Below are positions 18,217 to 27,262 of a stretch of DNA of 58,365 nucleotides, piece after piece. The stretch comes from Actinomycetota bacterium. Lineage in GTDB: Bacteria; Actinomycetota; Thermoleophilia; Gaiellales; Gaiellaceae. Under the pieces are notes generated by a model. That model made no database searches and was not told where the DNA came from. It saw only the letters and a program-made list of their open reading frames with translations. The position numbers were made by a program, and so were the translations under genes. Location: positions 1-58,365 of the forward strand of contig JBKPMS010000006.1 in the NCBI GenBank assembly GCA_046732275.1, read 5' to 3'. Numbering within the stretch: the first letter of the stretch is position 1; each line of letters starts with the position of its first letter.

Positions 18217-18275
18217 CGACGTGCGATCTTCGGGGGTGTCGGAGGCCGTGTCAACCCGCGGACTACACTCGGGCG

Positions 18276-20681
18276 ATGGCCGGGAAAGGGGCGTTCTTCC
18301 TCGGAACGACCGTCGTCCCGCCGAACGCAAAGGCGCCCGGCGAGCGGCTCACGCTCGACCCGAGCGACCTGACGACTCATGGCGTGATCGTCGGAATGAC
18401 CGGCTCGGGAAAAACCGGCCTGGCCGTCGTGATGCTGGAGGAGGCGCTCCTTGCAGGGATCCCCGTGCTCGTGCTGGACCCGAAGGGCGACATGGGCAAC
18501 CTCGCGCTGTCGTTCCCCAGCCTCGCGGCCGCCGACTTCGAGCCGTGGGTGAACGAGTCAGACGCGACTGCCGCGGGCATGTCGCTCGACGTGTACGCCC
18601 AGCTAACGGCCGAGAGTTGGAAGCAAGGGCTCGAGTCGAACGGAATCGGGCCCGAGCGCATCGAGCAGTTCCACGCCGTCGACCTCACGATCTACACGCC
18701 GGGGTCGACGTCGGGAGTGCCGCTGAACGTCGTCGGCTCGCTGCGCGCGCCGCCGCTCTCCTGGGACTCCGAGGCGGAAACGCTTCGCGACGAGATCGAG
18801 GGCGTCGTCACCAGCCTGCTCACCCTCATCGGAGTCGATGCTGCGCCGCTGTCGAGCCGCGAGCACGTGCTGCTCTCGAACCTGATCGAGAACGCGTGGC
18901 GATCCGGGCGCGATCTCGACCTCGCCTCGCTGATCGGCGAGATCCAGTCGCCGCCCCTGCGCAAGCTCGGCGTCTTCGAGGTCGACGCCTTCTTCCCGCC
19001 GAAGGAGCGGACCGAGCTCGCCCTCCGCCTCAACTCGCTCGTCGCGGCACCGTCGTTCGCGGCGTGGGGCGAGGGCCCGCCGATCGACATGCAGTCGATC
19101 CTCTTCACGGCCGACGGAAAGCCGCGTGCAGCAATCGTCTACCTCGCGCATCTCTCCGAGGAGGAGCGGCAATTCGTCGTGACTCTCGTGCTGTCGAAGC
19201 TCGTGACCTGGATGCGCGGCCAGTCAGGCACCTCGGACCTGCGCATGCTCACCTACATGGACGAGGTCTTCGGCTACGTCCCTCCGACCGCCGCGCCGCC
19301 CGCAAAGAAGCCAATCCTGACGATCCTAAAACAGGGCCGCGCGTTCGGCGTCGGCATCGTCCTGTCGACCCAGAACCCGGTCGACCTCGACTACAAGGCA
19401 ATGGCCAACGCGGGGACGTGGATGGTCGGCCGCCTTCAGACGGCGAACGACAAGGCGCGCGTGCTCGAAGCACTCAAGTCGGCCGCGGGCGGGACGGACG
19501 TTGCCGCGCTCGATGCTGCAATCGGCGCTCTCGACAAGCGGCAGTTCCTGCTCGTGAGCGCGAAGACGTCGACACCGCGGCTGTTCGCGACACGGTGGGC
19601 GATGTCGTATCTGCGCGGGCCGTTGACGAAGGATCAGGTTGCGTTGCTCATGAAGGACACTGCGCAGAAGGCTGCTCCGCAGACACTTCCCCCTGCTCCG
19701 GCAGAGGCCGCCGCGTCGGCGCCGCCGGCGCCTCCGCTTGCCGAGGACGAAACGCGCGTCGCTCCTGCTGCCGCCGACGGCGTGCCGGTGAAGTACCTCG
19801 ACCCCGCCGTTCCCTGGGCGACGGCTGTCGGAGCAGCTCCGGACGGGAAGCGCATGCGCGCTTTCGTCGCCGCACGTGTGAGCCTGCGCTACGACGACAC
19901 GGCCGCAGGAATCGACGAAGCAGAGGAATTCGAGGCGCTGTACGGGCCGCTCGAGGACGGCCTCGACCTCGAGAACGAGACAGTGGTCGACTACGACGAC
20001 CGTGATCTGTCCGGCAGTGCGCCGCCGGATGCGACCTACGTCATGCCGACGACGCCGATCGGAAAAACGTCCTTCTTCAAGGACGCGGAGAAACAGATCC
20101 GGAGCCGGATCGTCGACAAGCGCCCGCTCGAGATATTCCGGAACCGGACGCTGAAGCTGACGTCCCGTCCCGGCGAGACCGAGGAGGACTTCCGCGAGCG
20201 CTGCGATAAGGCCGCGCAAGCGAAGGCGGACGAGGAGACGGCGAAGATCACCGCTCGGCTGAAGGCAAAGCAGGACCGGCTCCAGTCGGCGCTCGAGCTT
20301 GCGCAGCGCCGCGTCGAGGAGCTCGACGCCGAGACGAAGTCGCGCGCGGAGACCGAGCTCGTCGCGGGCGCCGGCGCGGTGCTCGGTGCGCTATTCGGCG
20401 GCAGGCGCAGCGCTCGCTCGATCGGGACAGCCATCAGCGGCGCGTCATCGCGGCGCGGAGTCAGCGCCAGAGCAGAGGGGAGGTACAGGACGGCGCAACA
20501 GCGGGCGGCTCAGAAGAGCGACGAGCTCGCGCAGCTCGAGCAGGAGCTGCTCGACGAGGTCGAGCGGATCGACGCGTCCTGGCGCGAGAAAGCGGAGGCG
20601 GTGGAGACGGCGTCGATTCGGCTCGAAGCGACGGACGTCCGCATCGCCCAGCTCTCGCTCGTCTGGGTGCCGACGGCTTAG
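18276..20681 (+). CDS. HerA/FtsK-superfamily P-loop ATPase (DUF87-like) with a long C-terminal coiled-coil extension
   Basis: 801 aa. Walker A is GMTGSGKTG, Walker B is RMLTYMDEVF, and the sensor region is GVGIVLSTQNPVDLD. The C-terminal roughly 330 aa has an Ala/Pro linker, charged coiled coil and a Gly-rich hydrophobic patch, ELVAGAGAVLGALFGG. Confidence 0.75.
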   Translation: MAGKGAFFLGTTVVPPNAKAPGERLTLDPSDLTTHGVIVGMTGSGKTGLAVVMLEEALLAGIPVLVLDPKGDMGNLALSFPSLAAADFEPWVNESDATAAGMSLDVYAQLTAESWKQGLESNGIGPERIEQFHAVDLTIYTPGSTSGVPLNVVGSLRAPPLSWDSEAETLRDEIEGVVTSLLTLIGVDAAPLSSREHVLLSNLIENAWRSGRDLDLASLIGEIQSPPLRKLGVFEVDAFFPPKERTELALRLNSLVAAPSFAAWGEGPPIDMQSILFTADGKPRAAIVYLAHLSEEERQFVVTLVLSKLVTWMRGQSGTSDLRMLTYMDEVFGYVPPTAAPPAKKPILTILKQGRAFGVGIVLSTQNPVDLDYKAMANAGTWMVGRLQTANDKARVLEALKSAAGGTDVAALDAAIGALDKRQFLLVSAKTSTPRLFATRWAMSYLRGPLTKDQVALLMKDTAQKAAPQTLPPAPAEAAASAPPAPPLAEDETRVAPAAADGVPVKYLDPAVPWATAVGAAPDGKRMRAFVAARVSLRYDDTAAGIDEAEEFEALYGPLEDGLDLENETVVDYDDRDLSGSAPPDATYVMPTTPIGKTSFFKDAEKQIRSRIVDKRPLEIFRNRTLKLTSRPGETEEDFRERCDKAAQAKADEETAKITARLKAKQDRLQSALELAQRRVEELDAETKSRAETELVAGAGAVLGALFGGRRSARSIGTAISGASSRRGVSARAEGRYRTAQQRAAQKSDELAQLEQELLDEVERIDASWREKAEAVETASIRLEATDVRIAQLSLVWVPTA

Positions 20682-21037
20682 TAGCGGTCGATCTCCACCA
20701 ACCGCTCGTCGCTGATGCCGAAGTGGTGTGCGATCTCGTGCAGGACGACGCGCTTGACCTCGCGGCGGAGCCGCTCCGAGTCGCGCCCGTAGGTGCGGAC
20801 GAGCGGGCCGCGGTAGATCGTGATCTTGTCCGGTAACACCGCCCCGTACCCGCTGCTCCGCTTCGTCAGCGGCACGCCTTCGTAGAGACCGAGCAGCCGT
20901 TGGCCCGGCGGCGGCTCGTCCTCGATCACGATGTCGACGTTCGACATCTGCGCGCTCAGCTCCGACGGCAGCGAGCCGAGCGCCTCCTCGACGTACTCCT
21001 CGAACGGCTCGTCCGCGTCGAAGCGAGGATCGTCCAT
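20678..21037 (-). CDS. Small zincin-like metallopeptidase-family protein (DUF1025-type)
   Basis: 119 aa with an acidic N-terminus and a C-terminal [17 protein letters not shown] HExxH motif. Its stop overlaps the ATPase stop (20678-20681). Confidence 0.75.
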   Translation of the reverse strand: MDDPRFDADEPFEEYVEEALGSLPSELSAQMSNVDIVIEDEPPPGQRLLGLYEGVPLTKRSSGYGAVLPDKITIYRGPLVRTYGRDSERLRREVKRVVLHEIAHHFGISDERLVEIDRY

Positions 21038-21100
21038 GACCCCGAGGGTAGTCCCGCAACGGAGGCTGCGCGGACGATCTATGCTCGCGGCGTGCAGGAG

Positions 21101-22480
21101 ATGCGCGCGGGCGCCGGCACCCAGACGAAGTTCCTCCTCGAGGAATCGCAGCTACCGCGCCGTTGGTACAACATCCGCTCCGACATGCCGACGGCTCCGC
21201 AACCGGTGCTGCACCCGGGCACCGGAGAGCCGGTCGGCCCGGACGATCTCGCGCCGCTCTTCCCGATGGCTCTCATCGGCCAGGAGGTGAGCGAGGAGCC
21301 CGAGATCGAGATCCCGCAGGAAGTGCTGGAGATCTACGAGCTCTGGCGGCCGACGCCGCTCTTCCGTGCTCGCCGGCTCGAGGCGGCGATCGGGACGCGC
21401 TCGCACATCTACTACAAGTACGAAGGCGTCAGCCCGCCCGGGAGCCACAAGCCGAACACGGCGGTCGCACAGGCCTTCTACAACAAGCAGGAGGGTCGAA
21501 CCCGTCTCGCGACGGAGACCGGCGCCGGCCAGTGGGGGAGCGCGCTTGCATTCGCGTGCAAGCTGATCGGGCTCGAGTGCAAGGTCTACATGGTCAAGAT
21601 CTCGTACGAGCAGAAGCCGAGCCGGCGCTCGCTGATCCAGGCTTGGGGGGCCGAGATCGTCCCGAGCCCATCGACGGAGACGCAGAGCGGCCGCGCGATC
21701 CTCGAGGAGCATGCCGACTCGCCGGGCAGTCTCGGGATTGCGATCTCGGAGGCAGTCGAGGACGCAGCCGGTCGCGAGGACACCGCCTACTCACTCGGCA
21801 GCGTGCTCAACCACGTGCTCCTGCATCAGACGGTGATCGGACAGGAGGCGCTCTTGCAGATGGAGCTCGCGGGAGAGTTTCCAGACGTCGTCATCGGCTG
21901 CGTGGGCGGCGGCTCCAACTTTGCGGGCCTCGCTTTCCCGTTCCTCCGCGAGAAGATCGCCGGCCGCGAGCTCGACGTGCTCGCGTGCGAGCCGGCGGCG
22001 TGCCCGACGCTGACGCGCGGGCTCTTCGCGTACGACTTCGGGGACACGAGCAAGCTCACGCCGCTGGTGGCGATGCACACGCTCGGCCACGACTTCGTCC
22101 CGGCGCCGATCCACGCCGGCGGGCTCCGCTATCACGGCGTCGCGCCGCTCATCTCGCAGCTCGTGCGCGACGGGCTCGTGCGCGCCGAGGCGTACCTCCA
22201 GGGTGACGTCTTCGCCTCCGCGGTGCTGTTTGCCGGGAGCGAGGGAATCCTGCCGGCACCCGAGGCAGCGCACGCCATCCACGGCACGATCGAGACGGCG
22301 AGAGCAGCCGACGAGGCCGGCGAGAAGCGCACGATCCTCTTCAACCTCTCCGGCCACGGCCACTTCGACATGGCCGCATACGACAACTACTTCGCGGGAA
22401 GGCTCGAGGACGTCGCGCTGGACGAGGCCGAGATCGAACGCGCCTTGCAGGCGATCGAGGGCCTGCCGACTCCGGCCTAG
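21101..22480 (+). CDS. TrpB2-type tryptophan synthase beta-like PLP enzyme (stand-alone)
   Basis: From the ATG at 21101. [13 protein letters not shown] is a TrpB2-type N-terminus, and [14 protein letters not shown] is the PLP-lysine motif. At about 459 aa it is longer than the operon TrpB (373 aa). Confidence 0.85.
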   Translation: MRAGAGTQTKFLLEESQLPRRWYNIRSDMPTAPQPVLHPGTGEPVGPDDLAPLFPMALIGQEVSEEPEIEIPQEVLEIYELWRPTPLFRARRLEAAIGTRSHIYYKYEGVSPPGSHKPNTAVAQAFYNKQEGRTRLATETGAGQWGSALAFACKLIGLECKVYMVKISYEQKPSRRSLIQAWGAEIVPSPSTETQSGRAILEEHADSPGSLGIAISEAVEDAAGREDTAYSLGSVLNHVLLHQTVIGQEALLQMELAGEFPDVVIGCVGGGSNFAGLAFPFLREKIAGRELDVLACEPAACPTLTRGLFAYDFGDTSKLTPLVAMHTLGHDFVPAPIHAGGLRYHGVAPLISQLVRDGLVRAEAYLQGDVFASAVLFAGSEGILPAPEAAHAIHGTIETARAADEAGEKRTILFNLSGHGHFDMAAYDNYFAGRLEDVALDEAEIERALQAIEGLPTPA

Positions 22481-22770
22481 CTCACCAGCTTCGTCAACAG
22501 GGCGCGCAGCTTCGGTGTCTCCACCAGCGCGGCGCGTAACCCTTCGAGCGAGTCCTCGCTGTCGATCATCATCGGGCTCCGCTGGAAGCGCCCGTCGTGG
22601 TTGTAGTAACAGAAGCGGATCCCGTACGAGCCGCCGTCCTCGTACTCGAGGAGCTGGATCGCCGGCTCGGTGTGCCTCCCGACGTACGACGCCTCCTCGA
22701 TGATCTGACCGCCGCCCCAGTGGAATTCGAACGGTCGGGGAACCTCGCGCCCGCGCTTGCTCTTCGCCAC
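22477..22770 (-). CDS. Hypothetical protein (97 aa)
   Basis: The composition is balanced ([33 protein letters not shown]...). I recognise no motif. Its stop overlaps the trpB2 stop within CTAG. Confidence 0.45.
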   Translation of the reverse strand: MAKSKRGREVPRPFEFHWGGGQIIEEASYVGRHTEPAIQLLEYEDGGSYGIRFCYYNHDGRFQRSPMMIDSEDSLEGLRAALVETPKLRALLTKLVS

Positions 22771-22806
22771 AACTCCTCCTTCCCGCTCAATTGGACCCGC
22801 GCTCGG

Positions 22807-22835
22807 GTGGCCGCCGACGAGTGACCGGCGGCCAC
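22807..22835 (-). terminator. GC-rich hairpin downstream of the VOC gene
   Basis: GTGGCCGCCG-acgagtgac-CGGCGGCCAC is a perfect 10-bp stem with no U-tract. Confidence 0.4.
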
Positions 22836-22846
22836 ACGGCCGAACC

Positions 22847-23317
22847 TCAGCTGCTCATTGCGGCCATTGCGGCCTTGGCGCGCTCTGCCATTTCCTCGAG
22901 CGGCACGTCCTCGATGTGCGTCGCGATCGACCACATGTGCCCGAACGGATCGGTGATCGTGCCGAAGCGGTCGCCCCAGAACTGGTCGGCGACCTCCATC
23001 GTGACAGTCGCGCCTGCGTCGACCGCCTGCTTGACGACCGCGTCGACGTCCTCGACGTACATGAAGACGCTGCCTGTCGTCGCGCCGAGCTCGCTGGGCG
23101 CCTTGGTCGATGACTGGGGAAACGGGTCGGAGAGCATGATGAGCGAGTCGCCGATCTGAAGCTCCGCGTGACCGATCTTGCCGCCCGGCGCGTCCATTCG
23201 GAACTTCTCCTCCGCGCCGAACGCCTTCTTGTAGTACTCGATCGCATCCGCCGCGTTCTCGACGGCGAGATACGGCGTGAGGGTGTGGAAGCCCTCTGGA
23301 ATTGGTTTCACCGCCAT
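22847..23317 (-). CDS. VOC/glyoxalase-family protein (PhnB-like)
   Basis: 156 aa. MAVKPIPEGFHTLTPYLAVENAADAIEYYKKAFGAEE...GHAELQIGDS is typical of PhnB-like VOC proteins. Confidence 0.8.
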   Translation of the reverse strand: MAVKPIPEGFHTLTPYLAVENAADAIEYYKKAFGAEEKFRMDAPGGKIGHAELQIGDSLIMLSDPFPQSSTKAPSELGATTGSVFMYVEDVDAVVKQAVDAGATVTMEVADQFWGDRFGTITDPFGHMWSIATHIEDVPLEEMAERAKAAMAAMSS

Positions 23318-23393
23318 GTTTGGGCCCCCCTTGCGGGTCGTGAACGAACCACCTTCGATCCTACGCCCTCATATGCCCACTGCGAGTCGGCCG

Positions 23394-24581
23394 TCAATCC
23401 GGCAACAGCGGTACGACGAGGCCGCCGTCGCGCCCGAGAAGCACCGCCCGCGTGATCGCGTCCGGCCCGAAGCGGGCGCGGACCTCGTCAACTGCGACAT
23501 CCAGAGCCTCGCCGCTCCGGCGCTCGAATGGCAGGATGAGCTGCACCGTATCATCGTTGTCGAGGTTGGCGACGGTTACGCCGACGAGCGTCAGGCCGTG
23601 GCGCTGGATCATCGGGACGGCCGTGGCAAGCAAGCCTCTCGCCGTCGCGAGAATCGTGCCGGTGTGCGCGGTCGCGTGAGGCAGCGTGTGCGAGCGCGTC
23701 GCGCGAGAGAAGTCGTCGAAGCGGAGCCGCAGCACCACGGTGCGTCCGATGCGTCCTGCGACGCGGAGTCTCCGCGTCACGCGGTCGACCAGGCCGACGA
23801 GGACCGTGTCGATGTCCTCGAGCGATCTCGGCCTGCGGCCGAGCGCGCGCTGTGACCCGATCGAGCCGCGTCGACGACGAACCTGCACCGGACGTGGGTC
23901 GCGGTTGTGGGCGAGCGCATGGAGGTGCCGTCCGGAAGCCCGGCCGATCAGCGACACAAGCGTCGTCTCCCCACAGGCCGCGATCTCGCCGACCGTCGTG
24001 ATGCCGCGAGCTCGCAGCTTCTCGGACGTCACCTGCCCGACTCCCCACAGCCGCTCGACGGGAAGCGGCCGGAGGAAGGCCAGCTCCCGGTCGGGCGGCA
24101 CCATGAGTAGCCCGTCGGGCTTCGCAACTCCGCTGGCCACTTTCGCGAGGAACTTCGTCCGGGCGACACCGACCGTGATCGGCAGGCCCACGCGCTCGCG
24201 CACGTCCCGTCGGAGGCGCACGGCGATGTCGATCGGACTTCCGGCGAGCCGGCGCAGTCCGCGGACGTCGAGGAACGCTTCGTCGATCGAGAGCCCTTCG
24301 ACGAGCGGCGTCGTGTTCTCGAACACCCGGTAGAGCGCCTTGCTCGCTTCCGAATAAGCCGACATCCGCGGCCGAACGACGATCGCGTGGGGGCAAAGAC
24401 GCCGCGCCTGCCGGCCTCCCATTGCCGTGCACACGCCGTACGCCTTCGCCTCGTAGCTCGCCGCCAGGACGACGCCGCCGCCCACGATCACGGGACGGCC
24501 GCGGAGCGACGGGTCGTCTCGCTGCTCGACCGATGCGAAGAACGAGTCGGCGTCGGCGTGGAGGATCGTCGCGTCATCCAT
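23394..24581 (-). CDS. dinB: Y-family DNA polymerase IV
   Basis: 395 aa. ILHADADSFFASVEQRDDPSLRGRPVIVGG and SIDEAFLDV are catalytic motifs. Confidence 0.9.
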   Translation of the reverse strand: MDDATILHADADSFFASVEQRDDPSLRGRPVIVGGGVVLAASYEAKAYGVCTAMGGRQARRLCPHAIVVRPRMSAYSEASKALYRVFENTTPLVEGLSIDEAFLDVRGLRRLAGSPIDIAVRLRRDVRERVGLPITVGVARTKFLAKVASGVAKPDGLLMVPPDRELAFLRPLPVERLWGVGQVTSEKLRARGITTVGEIAACGETTLVSLIGRASGRHLHALAHNRDPRPVQVRRRRGSIGSQRALGRRPRSLEDIDTVLVGLVDRVTRRLRVAGRIGRTVVLRLRFDDFSRATRSHTLPHATAHTGTILATARGLLATAVPMIQRHGLTLVGVTVANLDNDDTVQLILPFERRSGEALDVAVDEVRARFGPDAITRAVLLGRDGGLVVPLLPD

Positions 24582-24595
24582 CGAACATATGTTCG
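24582..24595. promoter_or_regulatory. LexA SOS box (Gram-positive/actinobacterial type CGAAC-N4-GTTCG)
   Basis: CGAACATATGTTCG is a perfect 14-bp palindrome that directly abuts the dinB ATG (24581). It lies in the 64-bp dinB/livH divergent spacer. Confidence 0.7.
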
Positions 24596-24645
24596 CATAC
24601 CGAGGGAGGTTGAAGCTCGGCGAGCGGTAGACGAGAGTCCGGCCG

Positions 24646-25530
24646 ATGTTCCTGCAGCTCTTTGCGAACGGCCTCGTTACCGGGTCCGTGATTGCGCTCG
24701 GCGCCGTCGGCGTCTCGATCGTCTACGGGATGCTGCGACTCGTCAACTTCGCCTACGGCGACTACATGACGTTCGGGGCGTTTATCGGAGTCCTCTTCAA
24801 CGTCACGCTCGGTCTTCCGATCGTCCCCTCGGCACTGCTGGCGATGGCTGCGACGGCCGCGCTCTCGGTCACGCTCGACGTCGGCCTGTGGCGGCCTCTG
24901 CGTCGACGACGGGCGGGCTTCATGAGCCTTTTCCTCGTCTCCGTGGGCCTCGCGCTCGTCATCCGCTATGCGATCTATCTCGTCGCCGGGCCGCAACCTC
25001 GCACGTATGCGGTCGACCCCTACAAGGTCTACGTGCTCGGCAGCGTGAGGCTTTCGGGAGCACAGGGGATCGCAATCGTCGTCGCCGCGGTCGCGATCGT
25101 GTTCGTCGGCGTGCTGATCGGCCGCACCGGGGTCGGGCGGATGATGCGTGCGGTCGCCGACGACCTTCCGCTGGCCGCCGTTGCGGGCGTGCGAACGCAG
25201 CGCGTGATCACGGCGGCGTGGATTCTCTCCGGTGTTCTCGCGGGCCTCGCCGGCGTTCTCGCCGGGCTTGTGCAGACCTCGTTCGATCCGCAGCTCGGCT
25301 TCAGTCTTCTGCTGCCGATCTTCGCCGCCGTCGTGCTCGGCGGGATCGGAAGTGCGTACGGCGCGCTTGCCGGGGGCCTGACGCTCGGTCTTGTGATGGA
25401 GCTCTCTACGTGGCCGGAGCTCGCCGGCGGCGTCAACCCGACGTACAAGCCGGTCGTCGCCTTCGGCGCGCTCGTCCTCGTCCTTTTGCTCCGGCCGCAG
25501 GGGCTGTTCGGCAGGGCGCGCGTCGTTTGA
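24646..25530 (+). CDS. livH: Branched-chain amino acid ABC transporter permease
   Basis: 294 aa of LivH-type membrane protein (MFLQLFANGLVTGSVIALGAVGVSIVYG...). Confidence 0.9.
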   Translation: MFLQLFANGLVTGSVIALGAVGVSIVYGMLRLVNFAYGDYMTFGAFIGVLFNVTLGLPIVPSALLAMAATAALSVTLDVGLWRPLRRRRAGFMSLFLVSVGLALVIRYAIYLVAGPQPRTYAVDPYKVYVLGSVRLSGAQGIAIVVAAVAIVFVGVLIGRTGVGRMMRAVADDLPLAAVAGVRTQRVITAAWILSGVLAGLAGVLAGLVQTSFDPQLGFSLLLPIFAAVVLGGIGSAYGALAGGLTLGLVMELSTWPELAGGVNPTYKPVVAFGALVLVLLLRPQGLFGRARVV

Positions 25531-26489
25531 GCACGATCGCGAGCTTCGGGTTCTGGTCGTTCGTCGGCATCGTGGCGGGCATCTACACGCTGTTTGCCCT
25601 CGGCATCCAGGTGCAATTCGGCTTCGCCGGTCTTCTCAACTTCGGGCAGGTCGCCTTCATGGGAATCGGCGCGTACACGATGGCGATCCTCGTCGTGAAG
25701 GAGGACGTCAACATGTGGGTCGCGGCGGGCTGCGGCATCGCGCTTGCGATGTTCGCCGGAGCTCTCCTCGGCTTACCGACGCTGCGTTTGCGAGCGGATT
25801 ACTTCGCCATCACCACCATTGCGTTCAGCGAGATCCTGCGCTACATCGCGACGAACGAGGACCGGCTCACCGGCGGCTCGCAGGGAACGATCAATCTCGC
25901 CGGAATCGGTCGCACGGCCCAGTACGACAGTAGCTGGCAGAGCTTTCTGAACGACGTTCACCGCACGCTCCACGTCAGCAACGACGCCGCGATGCTGATT
26001 CTCGTCTGGGCCGTCGCCCTGCTCGCCGTCGGCGCGGTCTGGCTGATGATGCGGACGCCTTGGGGACGGGTGATGAAGTCGATCCGGGAGGACGAGGACG
26101 CGGCAGCGTCGCTCGGGAAGAACGTCTTTGCCTACAAGCTCCAGGCTCTCGTGATCGGCGCCGCTCTCGGCGCGCTCGCCGGCGTCTTCTACGCGTGGCA
26201 GTTCAGCTTCTTCAGCCCGGACGACTTCGCGCCGCTGCTCACCTTCTTCGCCTGGATGATCGTGATCCTCGGCGGCCTCGGCCGCGCCTGGACCGTGCCT
26301 GTCGGCGCGATCGTGTTCGGCGTCATCTTCGCGGGGACGCGCTTCTTCGACTTCCCGCCCTTTTCGCTGCTCGACTCGACGGAGCGCGCGTACGTCCGGT
26401 TGATCGTCATCGGTCTGCTGATCATCGGGCTGATGCTCTTCCGGCCGCAGGGAATCCTCGGCAACCGCCGAGAGATGGTGCTCGAGTGA
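25527..26489 (+). CDS. livM: Branched-chain amino acid ABC transporter permease
   Basis: This is the C-terminal part of track ORF 24387-26489. A TTG at 25527 overlaps the livH stop (TTGA). LSTIASFGFWSFVGIVAGIYTLFALGIQVQFGFAGLLNFGQVAFMGIGAY is LivM-like. The start is uncertain. Confidence 0.8.
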   Translation: MSTIASFGFWSFVGIVAGIYTLFALGIQVQFGFAGLLNFGQVAFMGIGAYTMAILVVKEDVNMWVAAGCGIALAMFAGALLGLPTLRLRADYFAITTIAFSEILRYIATNEDRLTGGSQGTINLAGIGRTAQYDSSWQSFLNDVHRTLHVSNDAAMLILVWAVALLAVGAVWLMMRTPWGRVMKSIREDEDAAASLGKNVFAYKLQALVIGAALGALAGVFYAWQFSFFSPDDFAPLLTFFAWMIVILGGLGRAWTVPVGAIVFGVIFAGTRFFDFPPFSLLDSTERAYVRLIVIGLLIIGLMLFRPQGILGNRREMVLE

Positions 26490-27262
26490 GCGCACCGATC
26501 CTCGAGGTCAGTGGCGTCGTAAGAACGTTCGGCGGCCTCCGCGCAGTCGACGGCGCGTCGCTGGAAGTCGCGCCTGGTTCGATCACAGCGCTGATCGGGC
26601 CGAACGGTGCGGGGAAGTCGACACTGTTCAACGTCGTCTCGGGCTTCGTCTCCCCCGAAAGCGGAACAGTGAGGTTCGAAGGGCAGCGCATCGACCGGCA
26701 CGCTCCGCATCGCATCGCGCAGCGCGGTCTCGTGCGGACGTTTCAGGTCCCGCGTGCACTGACTCGACTGTCCGTTCTCGACAACGTGCTCGTCGCCGCT
26801 GCGAAGCACCCTGGGGAGCGGTTGAGCGGCCTCGTGCTCAGCACCCGGCGCACACGCACGCGAGAACGCAGAGCGCGGGAGCGCGCAACCGAGTTACTCG
26901 AGCTCGTACGGCTCGACGGGTACGCCGCCGACTATGCGGGGGTCCTTTCCGGAGGGCAGCGCAAGCTCCTCGACCTCGCGCGTGTCCTGATGGCGGAGCC
27001 GCGGCTCGTCCTGCTCGACGAGCCGATGGCGGGCGTCAACCCTGCACTCGGACGGCAGCTCGTGGAGCACGTCCTTCAGCTCCGGAAGGACGTGGGCTTG
27101 ACGTTCCTCTTCGTCGAACACGACCTCGACGTCGTCATGGAAGCGAGCGACCGCGTGATCGTCATGAACGAGGGCCGGGTGATCGCGACCGGCACGCCGC
27201 CGGAAGTACGCGCGGACGCGCGTGTTGTCGACGCGTATCTCGGAACCACGAGGTCGCGATGA
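26486..27262 (+). CDS. livG: Branched-chain amino acid ABC transporter ATP-binding protein
   Basis: A GTG at 26486 overlaps the livM stop (GTGA). Walker A is GPNGAGKST, the signature is LSGGQRKLL and Walker B is LVLLDEP. Confidence 0.9.
   Translation: MSAPILEVSGVVRTFGGLRAVDGASLEVAPGSITALIGPNGAGKSTLFNVVSGFVSPESGTVRFEGQRIDRHAPHRIAQRGLVRTFQVPRALTRLSVLDNVLVAAAKHPGERLSGLVLSTRRTRTRERRARERATELLELVRLDGYAADYAGVLSGGQRKLLDLARVLMAEPRLVLLDEPMAGVNPALGRQLVEHVLQLRKDVGLTFLFVEHDLDVVMEASDRVIVMNEGRVIATGTPPEVRADARVVDAYLGTTRSR

Noticed and set aside
18276-21037. The HerA-like ATPase plus the small HExxH protein as an anti-phage defence system.
   Set aside because: No nuclease, Sir2, TIR or other effector gene is present. 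There are no mobile-element or defence-island neighbours, and the two genes are convergent rather than an operon. It is kept only as an uncharacterised ATPase.
24387-25526. N-terminal 380 codons of the 700-aa ORF that contains livM.
   Set aside because: It overlaps dinB (antisense) and livH (another frame) and has an Arg-rich composition. The LivM-like sequence only begins around 25527.
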